From Myxococcota bacterium (GTDB taxonomy: Bacteria; Myxococcota_A; Polyangia; Nannocystales; Nannocystaceae): a DNA stretch of 64,000 nucleotides. A program made the position numbers and the translations under genes. This document shows, piece after piece, positions 28,934 to 37,658 of this stretch (positions are counted from its first letter, which is position 1; every line of letters starts with the position of its first letter). The stretch spans positions 1 through 64,000 of the forward strand of contig JBCCHT010000005.1 in the NCBI GenBank assembly GCA_039028615.1, in the 5' to 3' direction. Below the pieces are notes generated by a model. The model was not told the DNA's origin. It ran no database searches and saw only the letters and a list, made by a program, of their open reading frames with translations.

Positions 28934-30151
28934 ATGCTCGTGCGGCGACCGACGTTGCTCCTGAGCGCGGGCCTTTGTCTGGCGTGTGGCTCGGATCCGG
29001 TGCCCAGCGGGAGCACGGGCTCCACCACAGCCACGGGCAGCTCCACCAGCACGGGGCCGGTCGCCGACGCCGAGTCGAGCGCGGCCGGTCAGGGGCGGCT
29101 CGATCTGCCGCCACCGGTAGAGATGACCTGCCAGAAGATCGACTTCTTGTTCGTCATCGACAACTCGGGGTCGATGGACGACGAGCAAGATCGGTTGATC
29201 GATGGCTTCCCCGGGTTCATCGCGGGGATCGAAAAATCGATCGCCCAGTACGACTATCACCTGATGGTCGTCACCGTGGACGACACGCCCACGGACGAGC
29301 CGGAACCCGAACCCGAGCCCGAGCCCGAAGGCACGACGGGCGACACCGGAGGGTCTACGGACTCTGGCGGCACGACCGACGATTCCGGCAGCACGACGGG
29401 CGACTCCGGCAGCTCCTCGGGTGATTCGGGCGGCACCACGGGCGACCCCGGCGGCTCGTCGAGTGACTCGGGGGGCACGACCGGCGGCTCCGGGGGCACC
29501 ACGGGAGACTCGGGCGGTCCGGGTGACATGGGCGGGGCCATGCCGCCGAGCGATCCGTGCAATGGGCAGTTCGGTGCGGGGCGAGTCGCCGCTGCCAACG
29601 GCACTCCGTGCGAGTTCGGGGGCAAAGGGCAGCGGCGCTACACCACGCCCGAGGACGAAGACCTGGCTCAGGTCTTCGAGTGCGTCGCCGACGTGGGGAC
29701 CAACGGCTCGGGCGCCGAGCGGCCGATCTGGGCGATGGCGCAGGCCATCGTCGAGCAGACCCTGCCCGGCGAGTGCAACGAGGGCTACCTGCGCGACGAC
29801 GCCATCTTGGTCGTCACCATCATCTCCGACGAGGAAGACGACGCAGGCGTGGACTCACCCGGCGACCCCGTGCTGTGGAAAGACGTCATGGTCGCGGCCA
29901 AGAACGGGGACGAGAGCGCGATCGTGATGCTCGGCCTCGTGGGCGACACCGACGTCGAAGACGGGGTGTGCGAGCCCTTCGATCCGCAAAACGGCGACGG
30001 GGCTCAGGGGGCGCCGCGCCTGCGCGAGTTCGTGGAGTCCTTCGAGCGGGGCTCGTGGGTCTCCGTGTGCCAGGACGACTACGCCCGCTTCTTCAACGAA
30101 GCGGTGGTCGACATCGGCGACGCGTGCGAAGAGTTCACGCCGCCGAGCTGA
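28934..30151 (+). CDS. vWA-like lipoprotein, tandem paralog with an internal G/T/S/D low-complexity insert
   Basis: CLAC lipobox; CQKIDFLFVIDNSGSM; NEGYLRDDAILVVTIISDEED. Confidence 0.8.
   Translation: MLVRRPTLLLSAGLCLACGSDPVPSGSTGSTTATGSSTSTGPVADAESSAAGQGRLDLPPPVEMTCQKIDFLFVIDNSGSMDDEQDRLIDGFPGFIAGIEKSIAQYDYHLMVVTVDDTPTDEPEPEPEPEPEGTTGDTGGSTDSGGTTDDSGSTTGDSGSSSGDSGGTTGDPGGSSSDSGGTTGGSGGTTGDSGGPGDMGGAMPPSDPCNGQFGAGRVAAANGTPCEFGGKGQRRYTTPEDEDLAQVFECVADVGTNGSGAERPIWAMAQAIVEQTLPGECNEGYLRDDAILVVTIISDEEDDAGVDSPGDPVLWKDVMVAAKNGDESAIVMLGLVGDTDVEDGVCEPFDPQNGDGAQGAPRLREFVESFERGSWVSVCQDDYARFFNEAVVDIGDACEEFTPPS
29296..29520 (+). repeat. EP dipeptide repeat followed by degenerate 21-bp (GGTTGDS-like) repeats
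   Basis: Translation EPEPEPEPE GTTGDTGGSTDSGGTTDDSGSTTGDSGSSSGDSGGTTGD... Confidence 0.7.
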
Positions 30152-30166
30152 ACACGGCCGGGTGGC

Positions 30167-30550
30167 TCAGTCGGCCAGCCTACGATCGGCCGGGCGCAGG
30201 AAGTACGAGCCCATCAGCAGGCCGAAGATGACCAGCGGGGGCAGGAGCTTGTCGGCGGGGTCGCCGTTGAGCCCATGCGACGCGGTGGCGCCCAGAAAAT
30301 CGATGGCGAAGCCGGCGTACGCCCACTCCTTGAGTCGCGGGAACTTGGGCAGCGCAAGGACGATGGCCCCCGCGAGCTTGGCCGGCCCGAGGATCTTGAG
30401 GATGTACACCGGGTAGCCGAGGTCGGTGACGCCCTTGACCAGCTCCTCTGCACCCATGAGGTCCATGACCCCGGAGGCGCCTTGGCTCAGCACGATGAGC
30501 GCCGTGAGGACCCAAAACCCGATGACTCGACCTTTGCTCGATTCGGACAC
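30167..30550 (-). CDS. DoxX-like membrane protein
   Basis: LGYPVY, RLKEWAYAGF and SYFLRP motifs; 4 TM segments. Confidence 0.8.
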   Translation of the reverse strand: MSESSKGRVIGFWVLTALIVLSQGASGVMDLMGAEELVKGVTDLGYPVYILKILGPAKLAGAIVLALPKFPRLKEWAYAGFAIDFLGATASHGLNGDPADKLLPPLVIFGLLMGSYFLRPADRRLAD

Positions 30551-30674
30551 GATGGTCGCAGCACACCACAGGTCGGCCCCGGGGGTGAAACGACAAATCG
30601 GGCCGCGCGGGTCGGGGGGGTCGCTTTGGTCGCTGCCGAATGCGTGGCAGAGATCACGATTCGGGGGCTCGCGG

Positions 30675-33600
30675 TCACCGACTCGGAGATCGGCTCCGGC
30701 CCGCCGACCCCAGCCAGGCTTCGACCTCGGCGAGTTCGTGGTCGTACCCGGGTCCGGCACTCCGGTAGGCGTCGCGAGCGAGGGCGGCGAGGCGGCGGGC
30801 CTCGGCTCCGTCACCGCCTACGGCCAGCACCTGCGCGAGGACGAATCGTGCGTTGGCCATGGTTGTCGGGCTGCCGTCCGCGGTGGCGCGGTCGAAGGCC
30901 ATGTCGGCGTGGGTGCGCGCCTCGCTGCGACGGCCGAGATCCAGCTCGGCCAGGGCCAACCGACCCAGGCCCGCGCTCGTGCCGTGTCCGGTGCGCGCTT
31001 CGTCGAGCGCCAGCACCCGACGGAGGGCCTCGACGCGGTCTTCGTGCCGCCCTTGCTGCTGCGCGATGTCGGCTTGAAGCCCGTACGCGCCGCGAAGGTG
31101 GGGGTGCTCGGGTCCCACCGTCTCGAGCCACAACGCGATGGAGCGCTCGATGCCGTCTCGTGCGGCGGGGAGGTTGCCCGCGCCGAGGTCCGCCATGGCC
31201 AGCGTGTGCAAGGCCGCGGCGTACTCGGAGTGCTCGGTCCCCAGCGTGGCCTCGGTGATGTTCAACGCGCGCAGGGCCCGAGCGCGGGCTTCGTCGTGGC
31301 GCTCGAGCTGACTGAGCGCCTGCGCCATGTTGGCCAGCGGTTTGGTGATCGCTGGGTGCTCGGGCCCCATCGCCGCTTCCATGCCCGCCAAGGCTCGTTC
31401 GAAGCGTCGGACCGCGCCCTCGTAGTCTCGCGCGGCGAAGTCGAGGTTGCCCAGGTGCATCTGAGCGCCAGCGACCACGGGCTGGTCTTCGCCCAACACC
31501 CGGGGTCCGAGCTCTACCACCCGCTCGAGGTGGGTCCGGGCTCGCTCGAACTCCCCGCGCTGGAAGTCGCATAGCGCCAGGTTGTTGAGCACGGGGATGA
31601 TGTCCGGGTGCTCTTTGCCCCGGGTCGCCAGGAGGATGGCCAGGGCTTGTTCGAGCTGGGTCCGCGCGGGCTCGAAGTGGCCCTGGGCGACATGGACCCC
31701 GCCTTCGTTGATGAGGATCTGGGCGACGATCGGGTGTTGGTCGCCGAGGTTGGTCTGGACGAGCTGCTGGGCCCGGCTCGAGGCCTCGAGCGCCTCCTCG
31801 AAGCGCCCGCGCTTTTGCAGCACCGCGATGAGGTCGTTGAGCGGGCGGACGAGGGTGCTGTGGTCGGAGCCGTGGCGTGCCTCGGCCAGCTCCAGGGAGC
31901 GGCGGTAGAGCGTTTCCGATTCTTCGTACTGGCCTCGGGTCTGAGCAATGGTGCCGCGGACCTGGGCTTCCCAGGCCTCGTGCTCGGGCTGGCGCTCGGG
32001 GTCGACCACTGCGATCGCGTGTTCGAGCCAGGGCTCGCCGTCGTCGGGATGGTTGCGCTCGACCGCGTGGAGCTCGGCCAGCTGTGCGGCGGCGGCATAG
32101 GCCAGCGCATCGAGGCCGTGCTCGCGGGCGGCGAAGTAGCTGCTCTCGAAGGTCTGGAGGGCATCGTCGTATGATCCGGCGTGGACCTGAAGACGGCCCT
32201 GCTCGAGCGATAGATCGAGCGGCGGCTGGGGCAGGCCGGTCGCTTCGGCGTCGGCCCGCCCTCCTTCGATCTCCGCGGTGGCGCGCTCGACCTGGTGCCC
32301 GACGCGGAGCAGCTTGATTCGCGCGAGGCGATCGCGATGGCGCTCGAGGGCTTCCCGGGCGGGCGCGGTCTCGGGCGTGGGCCCCTGGGTGGCGGCATCG
32401 ATGCAGGCGCTGGGCGCAGCCAGGGTGTTCACCGTCAGGTCGTGCGCGTGCTCGACCACCTCGGGCTCGGCGGCGGTCAGCAACGGCACCAGCTCGGAGA
32501 GCGCTCGTCTGCCTTCGTTGAGGCAGTGCAGGCGCACGTCGAAGGTGCGGGTCTCGATGCGCTGGGCCGTCCACGCCTCGCACAGATCGGACCGCGTGCT
32601 CGACCACTGTTCGGCGTACTCGTCGAGCTCGACGCCCACCCGCTGGCTGGTCGTCGCGGCGTAGGGCAGGGCGGTCGACTCGAAGGCCGAGGCCACCGCG
32701 GCCTTGTCGTCCGCGTCCCAGACCTGGTCGAGGTCGCCGCCCGGCGGGTTGCAGGGGCCGTGCTCGGAGGGGGAAGGCCAGGCCAACGCCGCGACGATCG
32801 TGGCGGTGGCGGCCGCGGACGTCGCCCACACCCATCGCCGCCGGCCGTGTTGGCTTCGACGTAGCGCGAGCAGCAGCGCATCGATGCTGGGGAAGCGCTG
32901 CTGTGGCTTGAAGGCCAGACCTTGCTCGAGCACCTGATGGATGGAGGTGGGGACGCGGGAGCTCGCCGGGGGTGGGGGCAGGCCGTTGCGCAGCGACATC
33001 GCGAGCTGACGCACCGTTCTCCCGGCAAAGGGGCGCTGGCCGTACCAGGCCTCGTACGCGGTCACGCACAGCGCGAACTGATCCGAAGCCACGGTGGCCT
33101 CGCCCCACTCGAGCAGCTCGGGCGCCATATAGGCGGGCGTGCCCATCAGGACGCCCGTCTCGGTCAGCTCGGCCAGGGCCGGCGAGGGCGTTTGACTCGG
33201 GCCGCTGGGGTAGGGCGTCTCGCCATCGGTCCGGCTGCCGCCGCCTTGCTCCGGGCGAGCGAGGCCGAAGTCCACCACCCGGACTCGGCCGTCGTGCCCG
33301 ACCAGCACGTTCCCCGGCTTGAAGTCGCGATGCACCATGCCGACCGCATGGGCGGCGGCCAGGCCCTGTCCCGCCGCGAGGATGACCTGGCCGATCTCTT
33401 CGACGCTGCGCTCGGTCTGCCCGAGCCAGCGGCGCAGGGTGACGCCATCGATGCGCTCCATCGCGATGAACAGCTGCCCCTGGTGCAGGCCGGTCTCGTA
33501 GACCTGCACCACGTTGGGATGCGACAGCTGGGCCAGGGCCTGTGCTTCTCGTTGGAACCGGGCGATGGTCGAGCGGTGGCTGTCGGGCAGCATGAGCTTG

Positions 33601-33812
33601 AGCGCGACCGGGCGATCGAGCGTCTCGTCGTGCGCGTCGTAGACGACGCCCATGCCCCCTTTGCCGAGCTTGCCGACGATGCGATAGCGACCGATGCGAA
33701 GGCCCGTGACGTCCCGATCAGACGGGGCGGCATCCTCCGCGGGGTGACTCTCGAAGGTGTCGGCGGGAGGGGTATCGAGGTCGCGAGTCTCCTCGAGGCC
33801 CGATTCGTCCAC
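30675..33812 (-). CDS. Ser/Thr protein kinase with TM segment and C-terminal TPR repeats
   Basis: GKGGMG, VALK, HRDFKPGN, DFG and YMAPE; C-terminal GxEHP-type TPR repeats. Confidence 0.9.
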   Translation of the reverse strand: MDESGLEETRDLDTPPADTFESHPAEDAAPSDRDVTGLRIGRYRIVGKLGKGGMGVVYDAHDETLDRPVALKLMLPDSHRSTIARFQREAQALAQLSHPNVVQVYETGLHQGQLFIAMERIDGVTLRRWLGQTERSVEEIGQVILAAGQGLAAAHAVGMVHRDFKPGNVLVGHDGRVRVVDFGLARPEQGGGSRTDGETPYPSGPSQTPSPALAELTETGVLMGTPAYMAPELLEWGEATVASDQFALCVTAYEAWYGQRPFAGRTVRQLAMSLRNGLPPPPASSRVPTSIHQVLEQGLAFKPQQRFPSIDALLLALRRSQHGRRRWVWATSAAATATIVAALAWPSPSEHGPCNPPGGDLDQVWDADDKAAVASAFESTALPYAATTSQRVGVELDEYAEQWSSTRSDLCEAWTAQRIETRTFDVRLHCLNEGRRALSELVPLLTAAEPEVVEHAHDLTVNTLAAPSACIDAATQGPTPETAPAREALERHRDRLARIKLLRVGHQVERATAEIEGGRADAEATGLPQPPLDLSLEQGRLQVHAGSYDDALQTFESSYFAAREHGLDALAYAAAAQLAELHAVERNHPDDGEPWLEHAIAVVDPERQPEHEAWEAQVRGTIAQTRGQYEESETLYRRSLELAEARHGSDHSTLVRPLNDLIAVLQKRGRFEEALEASSRAQQLVQTNLGDQHPIVAQILINEGGVHVAQGHFEPARTQLEQALAILLATRGKEHPDIIPVLNNLALCDFQRGEFERARTHLERVVELGPRVLGEDQPVVAGAQMHLGNLDFAARDYEGAVRRFERALAGMEAAMGPEHPAITKPLANMAQALSQLERHDEARARALRALNITEATLGTEHSEYAAALHTLAMADLGAGNLPAARDGIERSIALWLETVGPEHPHLRGAYGLQADIAQQQGRHEDRVEALRRVLALDEARTGHGTSAGLGRLALAELDLGRRSEARTHADMAFDRATADGSPTTMANARFVLAQVLAVGGDGAEARRLAALARDAYRSAGPGYDHELAEVEAWLGSAGRSRSPSR

Positions 33813-33901
33813 CACCACGCAAATCAGCCTAGTACGACGGGTGCAGGCCCACAATGGCGGGGCGTCGTGTGGGGCGGGCGAGGTTGGTACTCTTTGCGAC
33901 G

Positions 33902-34078
33902 ATGAAGACGATCACTCGGGTCATGCTCGGACTGTCCGTTGCCGCGCTGTGTGTGTCGGGGTGTGCCGAACGCCCTGGCAAGAAGAAAGAGGACAAGAAG
34001 GAATCGGGTGACGCCAAGGACAAGGGCGACGACGCCAAGAAAAAGGGCGAGAAGAAAGACGAGAAGAAAAAGGGCTGA
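33902..34078 (+). CDS. Small Lys/Asp/Glu-rich lipoprotein (58 aa)
   Basis: Signal ending VSGC followed by a highly charged tail. Confidence 0.65.
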   Translation: MKTITRVMLGLSVAALCVSGCAERPGKKKEDKKESGDAKDKGDDAKKKGEKKDEKKKG

Positions 34079-34137
34079 ACTCAGTCCCGTGACGACCGAC
34101 GGCCGTTTTCGGTCTCGGTGGCCACGTCCGGTTCGTC

Positions 34138-35085
34138 ATGCGATTGCCGCTCCGTCACCGCCCGCCACGAGTCGACCCTTCGCCCAATCGCTGCGCACAC
34201 CTGGAGGCGCTCGCGGCTGCGCTGGTCGGTGTGCCTCTGGGGGCGGCCGCCGATCTGGTCGCGCCGGGCGGGCGCTCGCGCGGTCGCCACGGCAACGCCC
34301 TCCAGTGGCACCTGGGCCTGGCTTCGCACGACGGCGAGGCTCGCCTCGATTGGGAAGACCGCATCGAGATCAAGCTGGTCTCGGTGTGGCAGCGCAGCGG
34401 AGCCGTGGCGTGCGACAAGCTCAAGGTCTGCGACATCTCGGTCGACCCTTGGCACAAGCTCTCCAACGTCCTGTGGGTCTTCGCCGATCGCCTGACGCGG
34501 GTGGTGGTGGGCACCCGCATGTGGCGGCTGCACGGTGACGCGCGACTGCGGCTCGCCCAGTCGTGGGAGGCCGACCCGCACTTCGATAACCCCGACCTCT
34601 TCGTCGAGGCGCGGGAGCGAGCCGATGGCACGTCGGCTCCGGCCTACTACTTGGGGGCGCGCTGGTTTTCCAACGAGGGCATCTTGCCGCCGCTCGGCCC
34701 GGGCATCTTTCCCTTCGACGCGCAGTGGTGGAGTCAGTCGCGGGCGGAGCACGGCCGCGAGCCGTGGCCCTCGATCGCCCTGGATGCCGCGGGGCAGCAG
34801 CGTTGCCGACGGTGCGGCGGCCCGCTGCGCTACTCGCCCGAGGCCCTGATCGAGCGAGGCTGGGCGCCCGCGCACCACGGTATGCCGATGGGGAAGTCGT
34901 GTGCTCCGCGGGGCCACTTCGTGATCGACGGCCGACGCCTGTGCATGCCGACCGAACTCCCGCTCGAGGACGTGCTCGACGCGTTGGATCGGCGCATTGC
35001 CCGCGAATCGGTGTGGCGTCTGAGTGAACGTGTGAGCGAGCCCGACGATCACCTACATGACGTTGATCCGGTCCCTAGGGCATGA
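34138..35085 (+). CDS. MutH/Sau3AI-like PD-(D/E)xK endonuclease with a C-terminal Cys/His extension
   Basis: RGRHGNALQWHLG, RLDWEDRIEIK (D...ExK), HKLSNVLWV and PAYYLGARWF align by eye with MutH; the tail has CRRC...HH...C...H. Confidence 0.65.
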   Translation: MRLPLRHRPPRVDPSPNRCAHLEALAAALVGVPLGAAADLVAPGGRSRGRHGNALQWHLGLASHDGEARLDWEDRIEIKLVSVWQRSGAVACDKLKVCDISVDPWHKLSNVLWVFADRLTRVVVGTRMWRLHGDARLRLAQSWEADPHFDNPDLFVEARERADGTSAPAYYLGARWFSNEGILPPLGPGIFPFDAQWWSQSRAEHGREPWPSIALDAAGQQRCRRCGGPLRYSPEALIERGWAPAHHGMPMGKSCAPRGHFVIDGRRLCMPTELPLEDVLDALDRRIARESVWRLSERVSEPDDHLHDVDPVPRA

Positions 35086-35124
35086 CACCGGCGTCGCGGT
35101 GCGCATGGGCGTGCGCACCGTACG

Positions 35125-35169
35125 AACCAAAACGAAGACCCGGAGTCGCTGACCAAGCGTCTCCGGGTC
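35125..35169 (-). terminator. Rho-independent terminator oriented for a minus-strand transcript
   Basis: Stem GACCCGGAG (35137-35145) / CTCCGGGTC (35161-35169) with inner CGCT/AGCG; followed on the minus strand by TTCGTTTTGGTT. Confidence 0.7.
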
Positions 35170-35461
35170 CCCCCCAGTAAAGTCTTTGTTTTACAGCACC
35201 GACCGAATCGCACGCGCGTATGGCGCGTTGCTAAGCGCTAGGTTCAGTTCAAGAGCAAGGGTAAGTCAGCGAAATCCAACTAGATCTAAGTCAAAAAGGC
35301 TAAGGGCAATCGAAGGCGTAGACTCTGAAAGTTAGGGGGTAGGGAGTCCAGGCCAAGCGATAAGGGAGAAGGTCAGACCAAGCGAGAAGTAAGCTAAGGA
35401 AGGAAAGCGGCACGGTTTCAAATGGACGTTTGCCAGCCGGGCCGCCTGCCTTTGAAGTTGT
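35125..35461 (-). ncRNA. Candidate novel sigma54-dependent small RNA (~335 nt) with repeated CUUA/CUUG motifs
   Basis: Bounded by a sigma54 promoter and a terminator. 35231-35410 is ~49% GC and ~69% pyrimidine on the minus strand, with 7 CTTA copies. No credible ORF. Confidence 0.6.
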
Positions 35462-35471
35462 CTCGCTTATA

Positions 35472-35487
35472 AGCAGGACTCGGGCCA
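35472..35487 (-). promoter_or_regulatory. Sigma54 (-24/-12) promoter
   Basis: Minus strand reads TGGCCCG-AGTC-CTGCT against consensus TGGCACG-N4-TTGCW; the GG to GC spacing is exact. Confidence 0.65.
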
Positions 35488-35493
35488 ACTTGG

Positions 35494-35506
35494 CAAAGTG
35501 TTGAAA
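35494..35506 (-). promoter_or_regulatory. IHF-like site just upstream of the sigma54 promoter
   Basis: Minus strand TTTCAA-CACT-TTG against WATCAA-N4-TTR (1 mismatch). Confidence 0.4.
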
Positions 35507-35586
35507 TCACGAGAGACAAGTTGGCAACCGCCTCGGATTGACCCTGGTTGTGAGGCCTGGGTATGACGTCGATGTCCGACTCGGCA

Positions 35587-35622
35587 GGGTGGAAACACCC
35601 GGACCACGACACGAATGTCGTG
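35587..35622. promoter_or_regulatory. Two adjacent palindromes (candidate enhancer-binding-protein sites or hairpins)
   Basis: GGGTG-GAAA-CACCC (35587-35600) and CACGACA-CGAA-TGTCGTG (35605-35622), ~125-160 bp upstream of the predicted TSS. Confidence 0.4.
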
Positions 35623-35729
35623 TGGATCAGGAGCCCCAAACCGTGCCTCCATTGCGCGCGGGGTTCGCGGGCCGTCCAAGCGAGCTTCGGGCTGTGCTAC
35701 ACGGCAAAAACGTGGCGAACGACGCAAAG

Positions 35730-36791
35730 ATGCCCAAGGTAGCCATCATTGGCGGCACTGGATACGGCGGAGCCGAGCTGTGCCGCCTGCTGATGGGTCA
35801 CCCCGGGGTTGAGCTCACCCGAGTGACCAGTATCGATCACGTCGACGAGCCCATCGAGTCGGTGCACCTCAGCCTGTACCGCACGGGGCTTCGCTTCGAG
35901 AACATCCCCCCCGCCGAGGCGGTCAAGGGGGTCGACGTGGTGTTCCTGGCCCTACCTCATAAGGTGAGCGCTACTCTCGCACCCGATCTCGAGGGGGCCT
36001 CGGCCAAGATCATCGATCTTTCGGGCGACTTCCGGCTTCGCGACGCTGCCGCGTACGGGGAGTTCTACGGCGTCGAGCACCCGCACCCGCAGCACCTGGG
36101 ATCGTTCGTGTACGGCATGCCCGAGCTGCACCGCGATGCGATCGCCGCCGCGAGCCGGGTCGCTTCGCCGGGCTGCTTCGCCACCACCATCGCGCTGGGG
36201 CTGCTGCCCCTGGCCCACGCCGGGCTGCTTCGCGGGGCGATCCACACCGTGGCCGCCACCGGTTCGTCGGGCAGCGGGGCCTATGCCAAGCCGGGCACGC
36301 ATCACCCGTTGCGGGCCAGCAACCTCAAGATCTACAAGCCGCTGGTGCACCAGCACACCCCGGAGATCGAGCAGACCCTGCGCGACGCCTGTCAAAAGGG
36401 TGGGCACGACGGCGACTTCTCGCTGCAGTTCGTGCCGGTCTCTGCTCCGCTGCCGCGCGGCATCCTGGCCAACAGCTTCGTGCAGGTCCCGGCCGAGGTC
36501 GATGCCGACCGTGTCGATCAGCTCTTCCACGACTTTTACGAGGGCGCGGCGTTCGTTCGCCTGCTCGGCCGAGGCGGCCGACAGTCCGAGGTCGTGTCGA
36601 TCAAGGGCAGCATGTGGGCCGACGTCAGCTGGACGGTGGGCGAGGTCGTGGGCGGTCAGCGTCAGGTCCTGGCCACCACCGCGCTCGACAACCTGGTCAA
36701 GGGCGGCGCCGGTCAGGCCGTGCAGTCCATGAACATCATGCTCGGGCTGCCCGAGACCACGGGCATCGACGCCCCCGCGCTGTGGCCATGA
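35730..36791 (+). CDS. argC: N-acetyl-gamma-glutamyl-phosphate reductase
   Basis: KVAIIGGTGYGG, FLALPH, IDLSGDFRL, YGMPE, SPGCFAT and DNLVKGGAGQAVQSMN. Confidence 0.93.
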   Translation: MPKVAIIGGTGYGGAELCRLLMGHPGVELTRVTSIDHVDEPIESVHLSLYRTGLRFENIPPAEAVKGVDVVFLALPHKVSATLAPDLEGASAKIIDLSGDFRLRDAAAYGEFYGVEHPHPQHLGSFVYGMPELHRDAIAAASRVASPGCFATTIALGLLPLAHAGLLRGAIHTVAATGSSGSGAYAKPGTHHPLRASNLKIYKPLVHQHTPEIEQTLRDACQKGGHDGDFSLQFVPVSAPLPRGILANSFVQVPAEVDADRVDQLFHDFYEGAAFVRLLGRGGRQSEVVSIKGSMWADVSWTVGEVVGGQRQVLATTALDNLVKGGAGQAVQSMNIMLGLPETTGIDAPALWP

Positions 36792-37648
36792 GCACGGGTC
36801 CTCGCGCCGTACTCAAGCTCGGAGGCGACGTGGTCGCCGATCCGCCCGCCCTCGCGGCGGTGCTGGCCGACGTGCGCTCGCTGTCCGCGGCCGGCTGGAG
36901 CTTCACCCTGTGCCACGGCGGCGGCCCCCAGGCGGGAGCGCTGCAAAAACGCCTGGGCGTGCCCACGGTCAAGGTCGGGGGACGCCGCGTCACCGACGAG
37001 CCCACCCTGCAGGTCATGAAGCAGGTGCTGGCGGGCGAGGTCAACGTCGACCTCGTCGCGGCCGCGGTCGCGGAAGGGTTACCCGCAGTGGGGATCTCCG
37101 GGGTCAGCTGCGGCCTGGTCACCGCCCACCGTCGGCCGCCCATGGTGGTCAGCGGCGGCGGGGATGCACCGGTCGACTTCGGCTTCGTGGGCAACATCGA
37201 CGAGATCCGCGTCGAGCTGCTCGAACACCTGTGGACGGGGGGCTTCGTACCGGTCATGAACACCCTGGGCATCGACGGCCAGGGCCACGGAGAACCGGTC
37301 TCCCGGCAGGTCTACAACATCAATGCCGATACGGTGGCGTCGGCGGTTGCCGCCGCGCTGCGCGTGGATCATCTATTCTTGATGACCGCGATCGGCGGTG
37401 TCATGCGGGACAAGGACGACCCCTCCACACGAATCCCGGTCCTGCGGGCCTCGGAGGCTCGCGCCGCCATTGCCGAGGGCACGATCGTCGGCGGTATGAT
37501 CCCCAAGATCGAAGAAGCCCTCGACAACCTCGCGCGCGGCATTGGGGCCGTGCACATCATCGGGCCGGGTGCCGGTCGCCTCGAGGCGGCCGCCAACGAG
37601 CCCGGCCGCCAAGGCACCGCCCTGCTTCCCGATCTCGATCCGAGCTGA
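36788..37648 (+). CDS. argB: Acetylglutamate kinase
   Basis: VLKLGG, HGGGPQ, GRRVTD, YNINAD and GGMIPK; ATGA overlap with argC. Confidence 0.92.
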   Translation: MSTGPRAVLKLGGDVVADPPALAAVLADVRSLSAAGWSFTLCHGGGPQAGALQKRLGVPTVKVGGRRVTDEPTLQVMKQVLAGEVNVDLVAAAVAEGLPAVGISGVSCGLVTAHRRPPMVVSGGGDAPVDFGFVGNIDEIRVELLEHLWTGGFVPVMNTLGIDGQGHGEPVSRQVYNINADTVASAVAAALRVDHLFLMTAIGGVMRDKDDPSTRIPVLRASEARAAIAEGTIVGGMIPKIEEALDNLARGIGAVHIIGPGAGRLEAAANEPGRQGTALLPDLDPS

Positions 37649-37658
37649 ACCCAGACCC

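Noticed and set aside
30675..33812. Kinase-TPR genes (also 50533-53583) as a novel system
   Set aside because: This architecture is common and highly expanded in myxobacteria.
35340..35410. Plus-strand CsrB-like RNA (GGA motifs)
   Set aside because: Only about 4 GGA motifs, and both promoter and terminator point to the minus strand. It cannot be fully excluded without stranded data.
35300..35488. 62-aa minus-strand ORF (MARVLLISE...) in the low-GC gap
   Set aside because: Its TTG start lies within the predicted -24 box, upstream of the predicted TSS; it has no RBS and its codon usage is unlike the genome's.
35125..35622. Known structural RNA (tmRNA, RNase P, 6S, SRP, tRNA) or CRISPR array as the explanation for the gap
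   Set aside because: No tRNA-like ends or CCA, no GAGGAAAGUCC, no long self-complementary rod and no regularly spaced 25-40 bp repeats. An Rfam search is still needed.
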